Assembly: GCA_963725665.1 (NCBI GenBank)
Contig: CAVRZA010000004.1
Span: 207,543-231,542, forward strand
Length of the DNA: 24,000 nt
Direction of reading: 5' to 3'
Source: an uncultured Actinomycetes bacterium
GTDB taxonomy: Bacteria; Actinomycetota; Thermoleophilia; UBA2241
Every line of letters starts with the position of its first letter. Within the stretch, counting starts at the first letter, position 1. The notes under the pieces are model-generated. The model did not search any database, had not been told where the DNA came from, and worked only from the letters and a program-made list of their open reading frames with translations. Of the stretch, positions 1 through 7,923 are shown piece after piece. The position numbers and the translations under genes are program-made.

Positions 1-643
1 GTTGGCGACGCGTGGTGCCGGTGGCATCGAGGACGATCGCCTTGACTCCCTTGGCGCCCATGACCGCACCGACGCCGCCGCGCCCGGCATGACGCGTCGG
101 ATGCAGCTCCATGTCGGTGCAGGCGATCGATGCGGCGCTCAGGCGCATCTCGCCGGCCTGGCCGATGCACATGGCGGCGATCTTCTCGCCGAACTCCTGC
201 TTGAGGCGCTCGACGGTGTCGTAGGTGCCGAGGCCGCGCAGATAGTCGGCCGGGCGCACCTGCACGCCGTCGCGCGACACGATGATCAGGAACAGCGAGC
301 CCTGGGCGGGTTTGCCCTCGAGGACGATGGCGGCATAGCCGAGCTTGGCCAGGGCGTCGGCCACCTCGCCACCTGCGTTCGATTCCTTGATGCCCCCGGT
401 GAGCGGGCTCTTGCAGCCGACGGACAGGCGCCCGGACATGGCCGCCGTGCTCCCGCTCAGCATGCCGGGGGCGATGACGAGCTTGTTGTCGGCGCCCAAG
501 GGATGAGCGTCGGGTGGGACTTCGCGGGCGACGACGGTCGAGGTCATGCCTCGGCCTCCCAGACCGTCGTAGTCACCAGGGGGCGCTGTACGCGCGCGGG
601 GCCCTCCTTCGGCGGACATGTCGATCCTCAGAACCGTGTCCAT
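1..643 (-). CDS. aldehyde:ferredoxin oxidoreductase family (tungsto-/molybdopterin enzyme), N-terminal part; gene continues past the left edge
   Basis: My reverse-complement translation from ATG (643..641) gives MDTVLRIDMS..GLGGRG..NKLVIAPGMLSGS..SGRLSVGCKSPLTGGIKESNAGG..GYAAIVLEGKP..IGQAGE..HAGRGGVGAVMGAKGVKAIVL. This is colinear with the N-terminal domain of AOR-family enzymes. A GGGAGG Shine-Dalgarno (complement of 649-654) precedes the start. The ORF has no stop in the window, so it is missing from the ORF track; the listed 2..658 + ORF is its antisense shadow. Confidence 0.85.
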   Translation of the reverse strand, partial: MDTVLRIDMSAEGGPRARTAPPGDYDGLGGRGMTSTVVAREVPPDAHPLGADNKLVIAPGMLSGSTAAMSGRLSVGCKSPLTGGIKESNAGGEVADALAKLGYAAIVLEGKPAQGSLFLIIVSRDGVQVRPADYLRGLGTYDTVERLKQEFGEKIAAMCIGQAGEMRLSAASIACTDMELHPTRHAGRGGVGAVMGAKGVKAIVLDATGTTRRQ

Positions 644-653
644 GGGCACCTCC

Positions 654-731
654 CGTGAACGGTGGACCACCCGGCGGCGGCTCCGGTCCCGGCTCCTGCC
701 GAGAAGTAGGAGCGCCGGAGGACGGTTCACG
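654..731 (-). promoter_or_regulatory. structured 5' leader of the AOR gene (three nested stems ending at the SD)
   Basis: Perfect complementary pairs in plus-strand coordinates: 654-660/725-731 (cgtgaac/gttcacg), 681-686/715-720 (ctccgg/ccggag), 692-697/708-713 (gctcct/aggagc). On the minus-strand RNA the 3' arm of the outer stem runs directly into GGGAGG-N5-AUG. Function not established. Confidence 0.3.
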
Positions 732-822
732 ACGGACCCGCATATGTTAGTAATCCTCAGACTACTCCCTGGGCCGTTCATCGGGAAGCGTTCTCGCGTG
801 CTACGGCGCCCTGCAGGTGGGG

Positions 823-831
823 TGCTAGGAT
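823..831 (+). promoter_or_regulatory. candidate extended -10 element (TGC-TAGGAT) for the methyltransferase gene
   Basis: TGnTAnnnT-type match in an otherwise GC-rich divergent intergenic region, 67 nt upstream of GTG 898. Sequence pattern only. Confidence 0.25.
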
Positions 832-840
832 GAGCGCGTA

Positions 841-873
841 GGCGGCCCCGGCGCCAAGGGCGCCGGGGCCGCC
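841..873. other. perfect 15-bp GC-rich hairpin with 3-nt loop in a divergent intergenic region
   Basis: ggcggccccggcgcc (841-855), aag, ggcgccggggccgcc (859-873) are exact reverse complements. It lies between the candidate -10 (826-831) and the SD/GTG of the methyltransferase. Confidence 0.5.
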
Positions 874-897
874 GGTTCGCCAAGAGGGGAGGGTGAC

Positions 898-1696
898 GTG
901 GCCGAGCGTAAGAGCGAGGCCGACCGTCGGGGCGAGGCCGAACACGTGCGCCGCAACAGGGCGGCCTGGGCCGAGTGGGCGAGCGACTTCGTCGGCCCAG
1001 GCGAGCGCGCGTGGGCCAGTGAGGAGCCGTACTGGGGCATCTGGGCCATCCCCGACTCCGAGCTGCACGTGCTTCCCGCTCGAGCTCGCCGGCAAGGAGG
1101 TCGTCGAGCTCGGCTGCGGCACGGGCTACGTGTCGGCGTGGCTTGCCCGTCGCGGCGCGCGACCCGTCGGCGTTGATGTCTCCCCGGAGCAACTTGCGAC
1201 GGCCCGGCGTCTGCAGGAGGAGCACGGCCTCTCCTTCCCCTTGCTCGAGGTCAGCGCCGAGCAGCTTCCCTTCCCCGATGCTAGCTTCGATTTGGCCATC
1301 TCCGAGTACGGGGCGAGCATCTGGGCCGATCCCTACCGGTGGGTCCCCGAGGCGTCGCGGGTGCTTCGCGTCGGAGGGCAGCTCATCTTCCTCGTGAACG
1401 GCACCATCATGATGCTCTGCACCCCCGACGACGCCGACGCGCTGCCGTCGGATCGTCTCGTGTGCGACTACTTCGGCATGCATCGCTTCGAGTGGCCCGG
1501 TTGGCCCTCGGTCGAGTTCCACCTCGGCTACGGCGACTGGATCAGGCTCCTGCGCGCCAACGGGTTCGAGGTCGAGGACCTGCTCGAGTTGCGTCCAGCA
1601 GAGAACGCGACCACCGATTTCGACGACATCGTGAGCCTCGAGTGGGCGCGGCGCTGGCCCTGCGAGGAGGTCTGGAGGGCGCGCAAGCGGGGTTGA
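898..1696 (+). pseudogene. class I SAM-dependent methyltransferase, interrupted by one +1 frame change (pseudogene or sequence error)
   Basis: The N-terminal ~60 codons are in the frame of GTG 898 (VAERK..NRAAWAEWASDFVGPGERAW..WGIWAIPDSELHVLP). The rest is in the 893 frame (LELAGKEVVELGCGTGYVSAWLARRGA.. = SAM motif I, then LRVGGQLIF). The two parts join if one nucleotide is removed near 1075-1080. An AGAGGGGAGGG SD lies upstream of 898. Confidence 0.8.
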
Positions 1697-1702
1697 GGGA
1701 GT

Positions 1703-1733
1703 GGGGCGCGGCGGCCGATGGCCGCCGCGCCCC
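1703..1733 (+). terminator. GC-rich hairpin downstream of the methyltransferase (possible tail-less terminator)
   Basis: 14-bp perfect stem ggggcgcggcggcc / ggccgccgcgcccc with 3-nt loop, starting 7 nt after the TGA at 1694-1696. No U-tract follows on the plus strand. Confidence 0.45.
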
Positions 1734-1782
1734 AACGAAAAGGGCGCCCGCGGGGCCGGCATTGCCGGCCCCGCGGGCGCCC
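1734..1782 (-). terminator. intrinsic terminator of cspA
   Basis: 19-bp perfect stem (1742-1760 / 1764-1782) with 3-nt loop, 13 nt after the cspA stop. On the minus strand it is followed by TTTTCGTT (complement of 1734-1741). Confidence 0.7.
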
Positions 1783-1795
1783 GTGAATCCGTGCC

Positions 1796-1993
1796 TCAGA
1801 CGGGCCGGACGTTGACCGCCTGAGGTCCCTTGCGGCCCTCGGTCACGTCGAACTCGACGGTCTGGTTCTCAGACAGGGTGGCTACGCCGGGAGCGAGGCC
1901 GTTGACGTGCACGAACACGTCCTCGCCCTCTTCCTGCTCGATGAACCCATAGCCCTTCTGGCCGCTGAACCACTTCACTTTGCCCTGCGTCAA
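1796..1993 (-). CDS. cspA: cold-shock protein, CspA family
   Basis: 65 aa: (M)TQGKVKWFSGQKGYGFIEQEEGEDVFVHV.. carries the RNP1 (KGYGFI) and RNP2 (VFVHV) motifs. The start codon is TTG, with AGGAG 6 nt upstream. Confidence 0.93.
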   Translation of the reverse strand: MTQGKVKWFSGQKGYGFIEQEEGEDVFVHVNGLAPGVATLSENQTVEFDVTEGRKGPQAVNVRPV

Positions 1994-2105
1994 CTTCTAC
2001 TCCTCGTCTCGTGAGCGTGTCCGCGGCGACGTGTCGAACCAACGATGCGCGCTCGTCACTATGGGCGCTGCCTACGATCGCGGGTGCGCCGCAAACAGGC
2101 GGCTC

Positions 2106-2134
2106 ACTATACCGTGTTCCCGGCGGCGAGGAAA
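2106..2134 (-). promoter_or_regulatory. candidate cspA promoter (TTTCCT-N17-TATAGT)
   Basis: On the minus strand, TATAGT (complement of 2106-2111) is preceded by a 17-nt spacer and TTTCCT (complement of 2129-2134). This would give a ~100-nt 5' UTR, typical of csp genes. Pattern only. Confidence 0.3.
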
Positions 2135-2250
2135 CCGGGGGCCGTCAAGACGGTCGCTGCCTAAGGCACGGGAGCGTGGTCATCGAGGCGCGCGCAACGC
2201 AAAGCGCACTTGCGTAGAGAGCCTCGTCCAGCCATGCTTACACGTCTTGG

Positions 2251-2258
2251 ATAGAATC
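2251..2258 (+). promoter_or_regulatory. candidate -10 element ATAGAATC for rpsR
   Basis: An AT-rich octamer in a GC-rich context, ending 32 nt before ATG 2291. The identical octamer occurs at 13561-13568, ending 33 nt before the corrinoid-protein ATG. Confidence 0.3.
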
Positions 2259-2290
2259 CCGCGGGCGGACCGCGATGAGAAAGGAACTGC

Positions 2291-2590
2291 ATGCCGAGCG
2301 TGAGAAGACGAACCGAGAAGAAGCGGACCGGGCCGGGCGTCGGCTCGCGCCGGCGCTACTGCCACTTCTGCAAAGAGAAGATCGACGTGATCGACTACAA
2401 GGAGTTCGGGGCGCTGCGCAAGTTCATCAGCGACAGGGGCAAGATCAAGTCGCCGCGCACCACCGGGACCTGCCGGCGCCACCAGCGCCAGGTGGCCGTC
2501 GCCGTCAAGCGGGCCCGCGAGATGGCCCTTCTTCCCTACGTCTTCGCGGCCCCGGACGCGGAGAGGGGCGGTCGTCGGCGCCCTCGCTGA
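2291..2590 (+). CDS. rpsR: 30S ribosomal protein bS18 (Cys-containing form, with a basic C-terminal tail)
   Basis: [64 protein letters not shown] is the bS18 core. GAAAGGA SD upstream. It is not in the usual rpsF-ssb-rpsR-rplI context here. Confidence 0.92.
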   Translation: MPSVRRRTEKKRTGPGVGSRRRYCHFCKEKIDVIDYKEFGALRKFISDRGKIKSPRTTGTCRRHQRQVAVAVKRAREMALLPYVFAAPDAERGGRRRPR

Positions 2591-2632
2591 CCGTCGCCTC
2601 TCTGAGCCACTGACGTCGGGCAGGTCGCTGCC

Positions 2633-4066
2633 ATGAAGGTCCGCCTCATCGAGCCCGCGCCGCGGGGCATGAACACGTTCAGCATGATCCTGCTCCCCCG
2701 CCTCGGTCTGCCCATTATCGCCACGACGCTCAGGCAGCAGGGGCACGACGCGAAGATCTACGCCCCTCAGATGGCGCCGGTCGTCTGGTCCGACGTCTAC
2801 GACGCCGACCTGGTCGGGATCACGACGACCACCTCGACGGTGACCGACGCCTACCGGTTCGCCGACGACGTGCGCTCCCGCGGGATCCCGGTCGTCATGG
2901 GCGGCTCGCACGTGACGTTCATGGCCGATGAGGCTCTCGAGCACGCCGACTACGTCGGGCGCGGCGAGGGAGGCGAGCAGCTCATGCCCGAGCTGATCGA
3001 GGCGCTTGGCGGAGACCGTGAGCTGGAGAGCATCAAGGGCCTGTCGTTCCGCCGTGACGGCGAGGCCGTGCACAACGAGCCGCGCGGCTTCTGCACGAAG
3101 CTCGAGGATCTGCCGTTCCCCGACATGACGCTGATCCACGGCCACGAGAACCTGCACACGACGCCGATGATGACGAGCTGGGGATGTCCCTTCAACTGCC
3201 ACTTCTGCTCGGTCACGGCGCTGTTCGGCAGGAAGTACCGCTATCGCAGCGCGGACAGTGTGCTCGCCGAGCTGCGCGAGAAGCGGCCGCGCAAGGTGTT
3301 CTTCTACGACGACAACCTGGCCGCCAACAAGCGCCGGCTCAAGGAGCTTCTGCGCAGGATGATCGCCGAGGACCTGGTCACGCCGTGGTCGGCGCAGGTG
3401 CGCGTCGACGTCGCCAGGGACGAGGAGCTGCTCGAGCTGATGCGCGACTCGGGCTGCGTGATGGTGTACCTCGGTCTGGAGTCGGTGAACCAGGAGACGC
3501 TGGACAGTTACGACAAGCACCAGACCGTCCAGGACATCGTCGACGGCGTGCGGGCGCTGCATCGCTACGGCATCATGAGCCACGGCATGTTCGTCGTGGG
3601 GGCCGACTCCGACACGCGCCAGACCATCCAGGATACCGTCGACTTCGCCAAGAAGAACGGCATCGACACGATCATGTTGAGCGCGCTCACGCCGCTTCCC
3701 GGCACCACGACCTTCCGCGAGCTCGACGAGCAGGGCCGCATCTTCGACAAGCGCTGGGAGTTCTACGACTCCCACCACGTCGTCTTCCATCCCGCCACGA
3801 TGTCGGCCCACGAGCTGCAGCTCGAAGCCCTGAAGGCCTATCGTCGCTTCTACTCCAGGGGGCAGTGGCTCAAGTACCTTCTGACCTTCCGCTTCACGAG
3901 GCTCCTCTTTCAGACCTGGGGGATGTACATCAGGGCGAACTGGCTCCGGAACGAGGACAACAAGGCTTTCATGACGTCGGTGCAGGAGGCCTCCGCCCGG
4001 CGTGCGCTGGCGCCCGCTCGGGCTCCGGACACTCCCGAGCCGGCGGCTCCCGGCTCCCCTTCCTGA
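2633..4066 (+). CDS. B12-binding-domain radical SAM protein (class B rSAM), substrate unknown
   Basis: 477 aa. An N-terminal Rossmann-like cobalamin-binding-type domain (..DLVGITTTTST..GIPVVMGGSHVT..) is followed by CPFNCHFC (CxxxCxxC, nt 3185-3208) and a TIM-barrel-like rSAM core (VFFYDDN, YLGLESV, FVVG). The C-terminal region is amphipathic/hydrophobic. Confidence 0.9.
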   Translation: MKVRLIEPAPRGMNTFSMILLPRLGLPIIATTLRQQGHDAKIYAPQMAPVVWSDVYDADLVGITTTTSTVTDAYRFADDVRSRGIPVVMGGSHVTFMADEALEHADYVGRGEGGEQLMPELIEALGGDRELESIKGLSFRRDGEAVHNEPRGFCTKLEDLPFPDMTLIHGHENLHTTPMMTSWGCPFNCHFCSVTALFGRKYRYRSADSVLAELREKRPRKVFFYDDNLAANKRRLKELLRRMIAEDLVTPWSAQVRVDVARDEELLELMRDSGCVMVYLGLESVNQETLDSYDKHQTVQDIVDGVRALHRYGIMSHGMFVVGADSDTRQTIQDTVDFAKKNGIDTIMLSALTPLPGTTTFRELDEQGRIFDKRWEFYDSHHVVFHPATMSAHELQLEALKAYRRFYSRGQWLKYLLTFRFTRLLFQTWGMYIRANWLRNEDNKAFMTSVQEASARRALAPARAPDTPEPAAPGSPS

Positions 4067-4120
4067 GGTCCACCGGGCCGGCGCGGCGCAGCCTTCGCGA
4101 CGGCTGCTTCCGCTTCTTCC

Positions 4121-4200
4121 TACCGCTCTCGCCGCTGCTCGCCACCGCTCTGCGCTCTCGCCACCGCTCCCGCCGCTGCTCTTCGCCACCGCTCCTGCCC
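4121..4200. repeat. short interspersed direct repeats in the rSAM-nitroreductase spacer
   Basis: gccaccgctc occurs three times (4141-4150, 4160-4169, 4185-4194), twice extended to ctcgccaccgctc. cgccgctgctc occurs twice (4130-4140, 4171-4181). No ORF with a start codon lies in the spacer. Confidence 0.5.
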
Positions 4201-4255
4201 GCCTTGGGGTATCGTTGCCGGCGGATCCCGCGCAGGCTTCGCTTGGAGGTAGACG

Positions 4256-4765
4256 ATGGACGTCCTCGATTGCATCGCGCAGCGCTACAGCGCGCGCGGC
4301 TATCGCTCCGACCCGGTGGACGAAGAGGCACTCGACAAGGTGCTCGAGGCGGCGCGTCTGGCGCCGACCGCCGCCAACCGGCAGCCGTTTCGCGTGCTGG
4401 TCATCCACACGGCAGGCAGGGAAAAGGAGCTCGCGCGCATCTATGGCCGGCCGTGGTTCGTCCAGGCGCCCCTCGTGCTGGCGGTCGTGGCGGTGCCGGG
4501 CGAGGCGTGGCGCCGCATGGACGACAAGCCCTACGACGAGGTCGACGCAACGATCGCCATGGACCACCTGATCCTCGCCGCTGCCAGCCTCGGCCTGGGC
4601 ACGTGCTGGGTCGCCGCCTTCGATCCGGCCGTGGCGCGTGATGTGCTTGGTCTGCCCGACGATGTCGAGCCGCTCGCGTTCACGCCGCTCGGCTACGCGA
4701 CGACGCCGCCAAAGGAGAAGAAGCGGCGGCCGCTCGCGGAGCTCGTCAAGTACGAACGCTGGTGA
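4256..4765 (+). CDS. nitroreductase-family flavoprotein
   Basis: 169 aa: ..RYSARGY..EALDKVLEAARLAPTAANRQPFRVLV..DATIAMDHLILAAASLGLGTCWV.. is typical of the NfsB/FRP fold family. GGAGG SD upstream. The 3' end overlaps the convergent aminotransferase by 20 nt. Confidence 0.88.
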   Translation: MDVLDCIAQRYSARGYRSDPVDEEALDKVLEAARLAPTAANRQPFRVLVIHTAGREKELARIYGRPWFVQAPLVLAVVAVPGEAWRRMDDKPYDEVDATIAMDHLILAAASLGLGTCWVAAFDPAVARDVLGLPDDVEPLAFTPLGYATTPPKEKKRRPLAELVKYERW

Positions 4766-6131
4766 GCGCGTCGAGCAGCTCGTTCCAGGCGTCGAGATAG
4801 GCGTCGACGTCGTCGTCGACCGCCGGGATGGGGACCACGGGTCCGGCGCCTACGATCGCCTCCCACACGCTACGGTTCGCCAGCCAGATGCGGATCAGGC
4901 GCGCGAGCAAGTCGTCATGGCAGGCGCGCGCCTCGGCGGCGTCGCGGACCGGCGTCGGGCGGAACGTGTAGCCGGAGCGCGGCCCGAGATGGTGGATGTG
5001 CCAGGGCAGGCCGGTGCGCTCGACGCCGGCACGCATGCCTGCGGCGAGGCGCGCGCCCAGCCGCTGTGTGTGCGCGTAGGCCTCGGGCGTGAGCACCTCC
5101 AGCATGATCGCTTTCGCCGCCGCCATAGAGAGGGCGTTGCCGAAGAGCGTGCCACCGGTGGCGACCAGGTCGGAGCGCTCGCCGTCGGAGCCCTTCGCCT
5201 GCGTCAGTACCTCCGCGACTTCGTCGGTCATGCCCCAGGCACCGAACGGCACTCCGCCGGCGATCGACTTGCCGCTGGTCACGAGGTCGGGCGCGAGCCC
5301 CCACATCTTTGTCAGCCCACCCGGACCGACGACTTGAGTGTGCGTCTCGTCGAACGCCAGGAGGGTGCCGGTCTCGCGCGTGACCGCCCGCAAGGCGTCG
5401 TTGAAGCCCGGCTCGGGGAGGATCAGGCCGAAGTTGTTCGTCAGCGCTGGCTCGGTGAGCACGAGGGCCACCTCGTGGCCCTCGAGAGCCCGAGCCAGCG
5501 CCTCGGGGTCGTTGAAGGGCACGATGACCGTCTGCTCGATCACGCTCCTGGGCAGGCCCTTCTCCTCGGGAACAAGCTTGCCGTCGGCCTTGAGCTCGAC
5601 GAGTGTCTGGTCGAAGTGCCCGTGGTAGTGGCCGTCGAACATGAGCACCTTCTCGCGCCCGGTCACGACGCGGGCGACGCGGATCGCCTCGGTGTTGGCT
5701 TGCGACGCCGACAGCGTGTACTGCCACTTCGGCAGGCTGTAGCGGCGGCCGAGCTCCTCAGAGACGACGATCGCGTCCTCCGTCGGGAGGAGGAACTGGT
5801 TGCCGCGCGCGATCCTCTCGGAAACAGCCCGCACGAGCGGCTCGGGCGCGTAGCCGCAGAACATCGACATGTCGGCGATGTTGAAGTCGCTGTAGGTATG
5901 TCCGTCGACGTCCGTGAAGCGGGCGCCGCGTCCCTCGACGACCCAGAGCGGTGGGTGGTGGTAGCTGCCGACGAGCCAGGCCATGGGTACGCCGTTCGGC
6001 ATGACGCGGCGCCCGCGCTCCAACAGCTCTACGGAGCGTGGGTGAGCGTCGCGGAAACGCGCGTCTTCCCGATTCTTCAACTCGCGCACAAGGGCGCGCT
6101 CGACGGTGAACACGGGGTCGATGGTCGTCAT
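4746..6131 (-). CDS. class-III (GSA-aminomutase-like) PLP-dependent aminotransferase
   Basis: 461 aa. It contains ..YTLSASQANTEAIRVAR..VLTEPALTNNFG..AFDETHT..TSGKSIAGGVPFGAWG (candidate PLP lysine in SGKS) ..ATGGTLFGN. Overall it resembles glutamate-1-semialdehyde aminomutase / beta-transaminase-type enzymes. Confidence 0.87.
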   Translation of the reverse strand: MTTIDPVFTVERALVRELKNREDARFRDAHPRSVELLERGRRVMPNGVPMAWLVGSYHHPPLWVVEGRGARFTDVDGHTYSDFNIADMSMFCGYAPEPLVRAVSERIARGNQFLLPTEDAIVVSEELGRRYSLPKWQYTLSASQANTEAIRVARVVTGREKVLMFDGHYHGHFDQTLVELKADGKLVPEEKGLPRSVIEQTVIVPFNDPEALARALEGHEVALVLTEPALTNNFGLILPEPGFNDALRAVTRETGTLLAFDETHTQVVGPGGLTKMWGLAPDLVTSGKSIAGGVPFGAWGMTDEVAEVLTQAKGSDGERSDLVATGGTLFGNALSMAAAKAIMLEVLTPEAYAHTQRLGARLAAGMRAGVERTGLPWHIHHLGPRSGYTFRPTPVRDAAEARACHDDLLARLIRIWLANRSVWEAIVGAGPVVPIPAVDDDVDAYLDAWNELLDALTSVRT

Positions 6132-6379
6132 GGAGCGACTCCTCCTCGTCGATCGAAGCCGGCGTCGCCGGCGGCCGTCACGGCAGGTCGCGGCCGCCGG
6201 CCCATAGGAGCATTCGCCGCCGCCACTCCCTCGTCAAGTCAGCCCGACGGTATGCTTGTCGCTGATCAGTGCGCCGGAGTGGGGTGCTGGTCGGGATCAT
6301 GGAGGCTGCCGGCTTGTTCTCGGGGCGGCGTCCCGGAGTGCGTGTGGGTGCGCGCTCCGGTGTCAGGAAGGGGCTGCGT

Positions 6380-7816
6380 GTGAAGGCAGAGTTGCGAGTC
6401 TTGAGCCCGGCCGAGCGCGAGCAAGTGCACGAGCGCACGCTGCACGTCCTCGCCACCAAGGGCATGCGCGTCGACACGGCCCAGGGACGTGTGATCCTCC
6501 GCGAAGCCGGGGGGCAGGTCGACGAAGAGACGCGCGGTGTCCGCTTCCCCGAGGAGCTCGTCGAGCGGTCGATCGACATGGCGACCAAGGAGTTCGCGCT
6601 CGGCGGTCGCCGAGCCGATTGGAGCTTCGCGCTGAACGCCGGCGGCTTCTCGCTCTGTGCAGACGGCGGCAGCAACGTGTTGCTCGACCGGCGCACGGGC
6701 GAGCGCCGCGATTCGACATTCGAGGATTGGCTCGAGATGACGCGCGTCCTCGACGCCATCGAGGACGTCGGGATGTACTGGTGCATGATCGACGGCGGTC
6801 TCGACTGGTCGACGCCCGTCGGCATGGTCGAGTACCTGACGCACCTGTTCGGCACGTTCGGGCGCCACGTGCAGGACTCCTACGACACGCCGCGGGTCAT
6901 GCCCTGGGTCACGCGTGCGCTCGAGGTCGTCTTCGGCAGCCGCGAGGAGGTGCGTCGCCGGCATCCGTTCTCGTTTCTGATCACGCCGGCCTCGCCCCTG
7001 ATCATCGAGGAGCACTACACCGAGTCCTGGCTCGCCTCACGCGGCTACGATATTCCCGTCGCCGTGATGCCGATGCCGCTCATGGGCGCCACCGCGCCCG
7101 GGAGCCGCATCGCCACGCTGGTGCAGGCGAACTGCGAGGTCCTGGGCACGCTCTGCCTGGTGCAGGCGGCCGACCCGGGGGTGCCGTTCATCTACGCGCC
7201 CGTCGTCGCTAGCATGGACCCGCGCAGCGGGCGCTACAGCGGCGGCGCCATGGAGCACTACGTGCTCGGCGCCGCCGCGACCGAGATGGCCCGTCACTAC
7301 GGCTTTCCAGTGCTTGCCAGCGGCTGCGGCACCGACCATTTCGTGCCCTCGCTGCAGGCGGCCTACGAAAAGGCGATGAGCGCTCTGCTCGTTACCCTCT
7401 CGTGGCCCGACTTGCTAGTTGGCCCCGGCATGCTCGGCGGCGCCTCGGTCATGAGCTTCGAGCAGCTCGTCATGGACGTCGAGGTCTTCCGCGCCGCGCG
7501 CGCCGCGCACGAGGGCATCACGGTGAGCGATGAGTCATGGCTGGATGAAGCTGTGGCGCACGTCGACTTCGGCGGCAGCTTCCTGTTCGAGAGATCGACC
7601 AAGGAGAACGTGCGCCGCGGCGAGTGGGCGATGAGCCGCTTCGGCCTGCACGACACGCGCGGCGCCTGGGAGCGCGGCGGCTCGCCGACGACGCTCCAGC
7701 AGGCGCGCGACGAGGTAGAGCGGCTCCTCGCCTCGCACGAGCCGGAGCCGCTCCCCGAGGACGTCGCGCGCGCGCTGCGAGATCTGCGTCGTGAGGCGGC
7801 CGCGGCGTCCTCCTGA
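6380..7816 (+). CDS. MttB-superfamily (trimethylamine-methyltransferase-like) corrinoid methyltransferase, non-pyrrolysine type
   Basis: From GTG 6380 (AGGAAGGGG SD at 6365-6373): VKAELRVLSPAEREQVHERTLHVLATKGMRVD..EELVERSIDMA.. through ..FERSTKENVRRGEW.. is colinear with the MttB family (about 478 aa). The frame is uninterrupted, with no in-frame TAG. The ORF-track start at 6269 is probably too early. Confidence 0.87.
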   Translation: MKAELRVLSPAEREQVHERTLHVLATKGMRVDTAQGRVILREAGGQVDEETRGVRFPEELVERSIDMATKEFALGGRRADWSFALNAGGFSLCADGGSNVLLDRRTGERRDSTFEDWLEMTRVLDAIEDVGMYWCMIDGGLDWSTPVGMVEYLTHLFGTFGRHVQDSYDTPRVMPWVTRALEVVFGSREEVRRRHPFSFLITPASPLIIEEHYTESWLASRGYDIPVAVMPMPLMGATAPGSRIATLVQANCEVLGTLCLVQAADPGVPFIYAPVVASMDPRSGRYSGGAMEHYVLGAAATEMARHYGFPVLASGCGTDHFVPSLQAAYEKAMSALLVTLSWPDLLVGPGMLGGASVMSFEQLVMDVEVFRAARAAHEGITVSDESWLDEAVAHVDFGGSFLFERSTKENVRRGEWAMSRFGLHDTRGAWERGGSPTTLQQARDEVERLLASHEPEPLPEDVARALRDLRREAAAASS

Positions 7817-7923
7817 GAGTCCACCGGCTTGGCGTTGGCGGTGCGGGGGCAGAATCCCCTCTGTCTTCGGGCTTTTCCCGAGGGCGTCGCGGTGCTCAGA
7901 TCAGAAGGACGGGCCGGGTCGCA

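Noticed and set aside
2180-4567. 795-aa minus-strand ORF (also the 3184..4641 + 485-aa and 4002..4571 + ORFs) overlapping rpsR, the rSAM gene and the nitroreductase gene
   Set aside because: The translations are Arg/Ala/Gly/Pro-rich low-complexity sequences with no recognisable motifs, typical of stop-poor antisense or off-frame shadows in high-GC DNA. The overlapping genes have clear family signatures.
6132-6379. Possible cobalamin riboswitch in the divergent spacer upstream of the MttB-like gene (gccgccact ... aagtcagcc)
   Set aside because: Only two short fragments resemble B12-box pieces. The 5' conserved half is missing and the spacing does not fit. I treat it as coincidence pending a cmsearch.
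4638-7015. Long ORFs 4638..6383 (+), 4915..5727 (-), 6178..6855 (-), 6256..7212 (+) and 6266..7015 (-)
   Set aside because: These are off-frame or antisense shadows of the aminotransferase and the MttB-like gene, with biased Arg/Ala/Pro composition and no family resemblance.
7814-7923. UGA readthrough or selenocysteine signalled by the motif after the MttB-like and rSAM stop codons
   Set aside because: The downstream in-frame sequence has no coding character or homology that I can see. The same motif also follows a TAG stop (ftsX). No SECIS-like hairpin sits at the expected distance.
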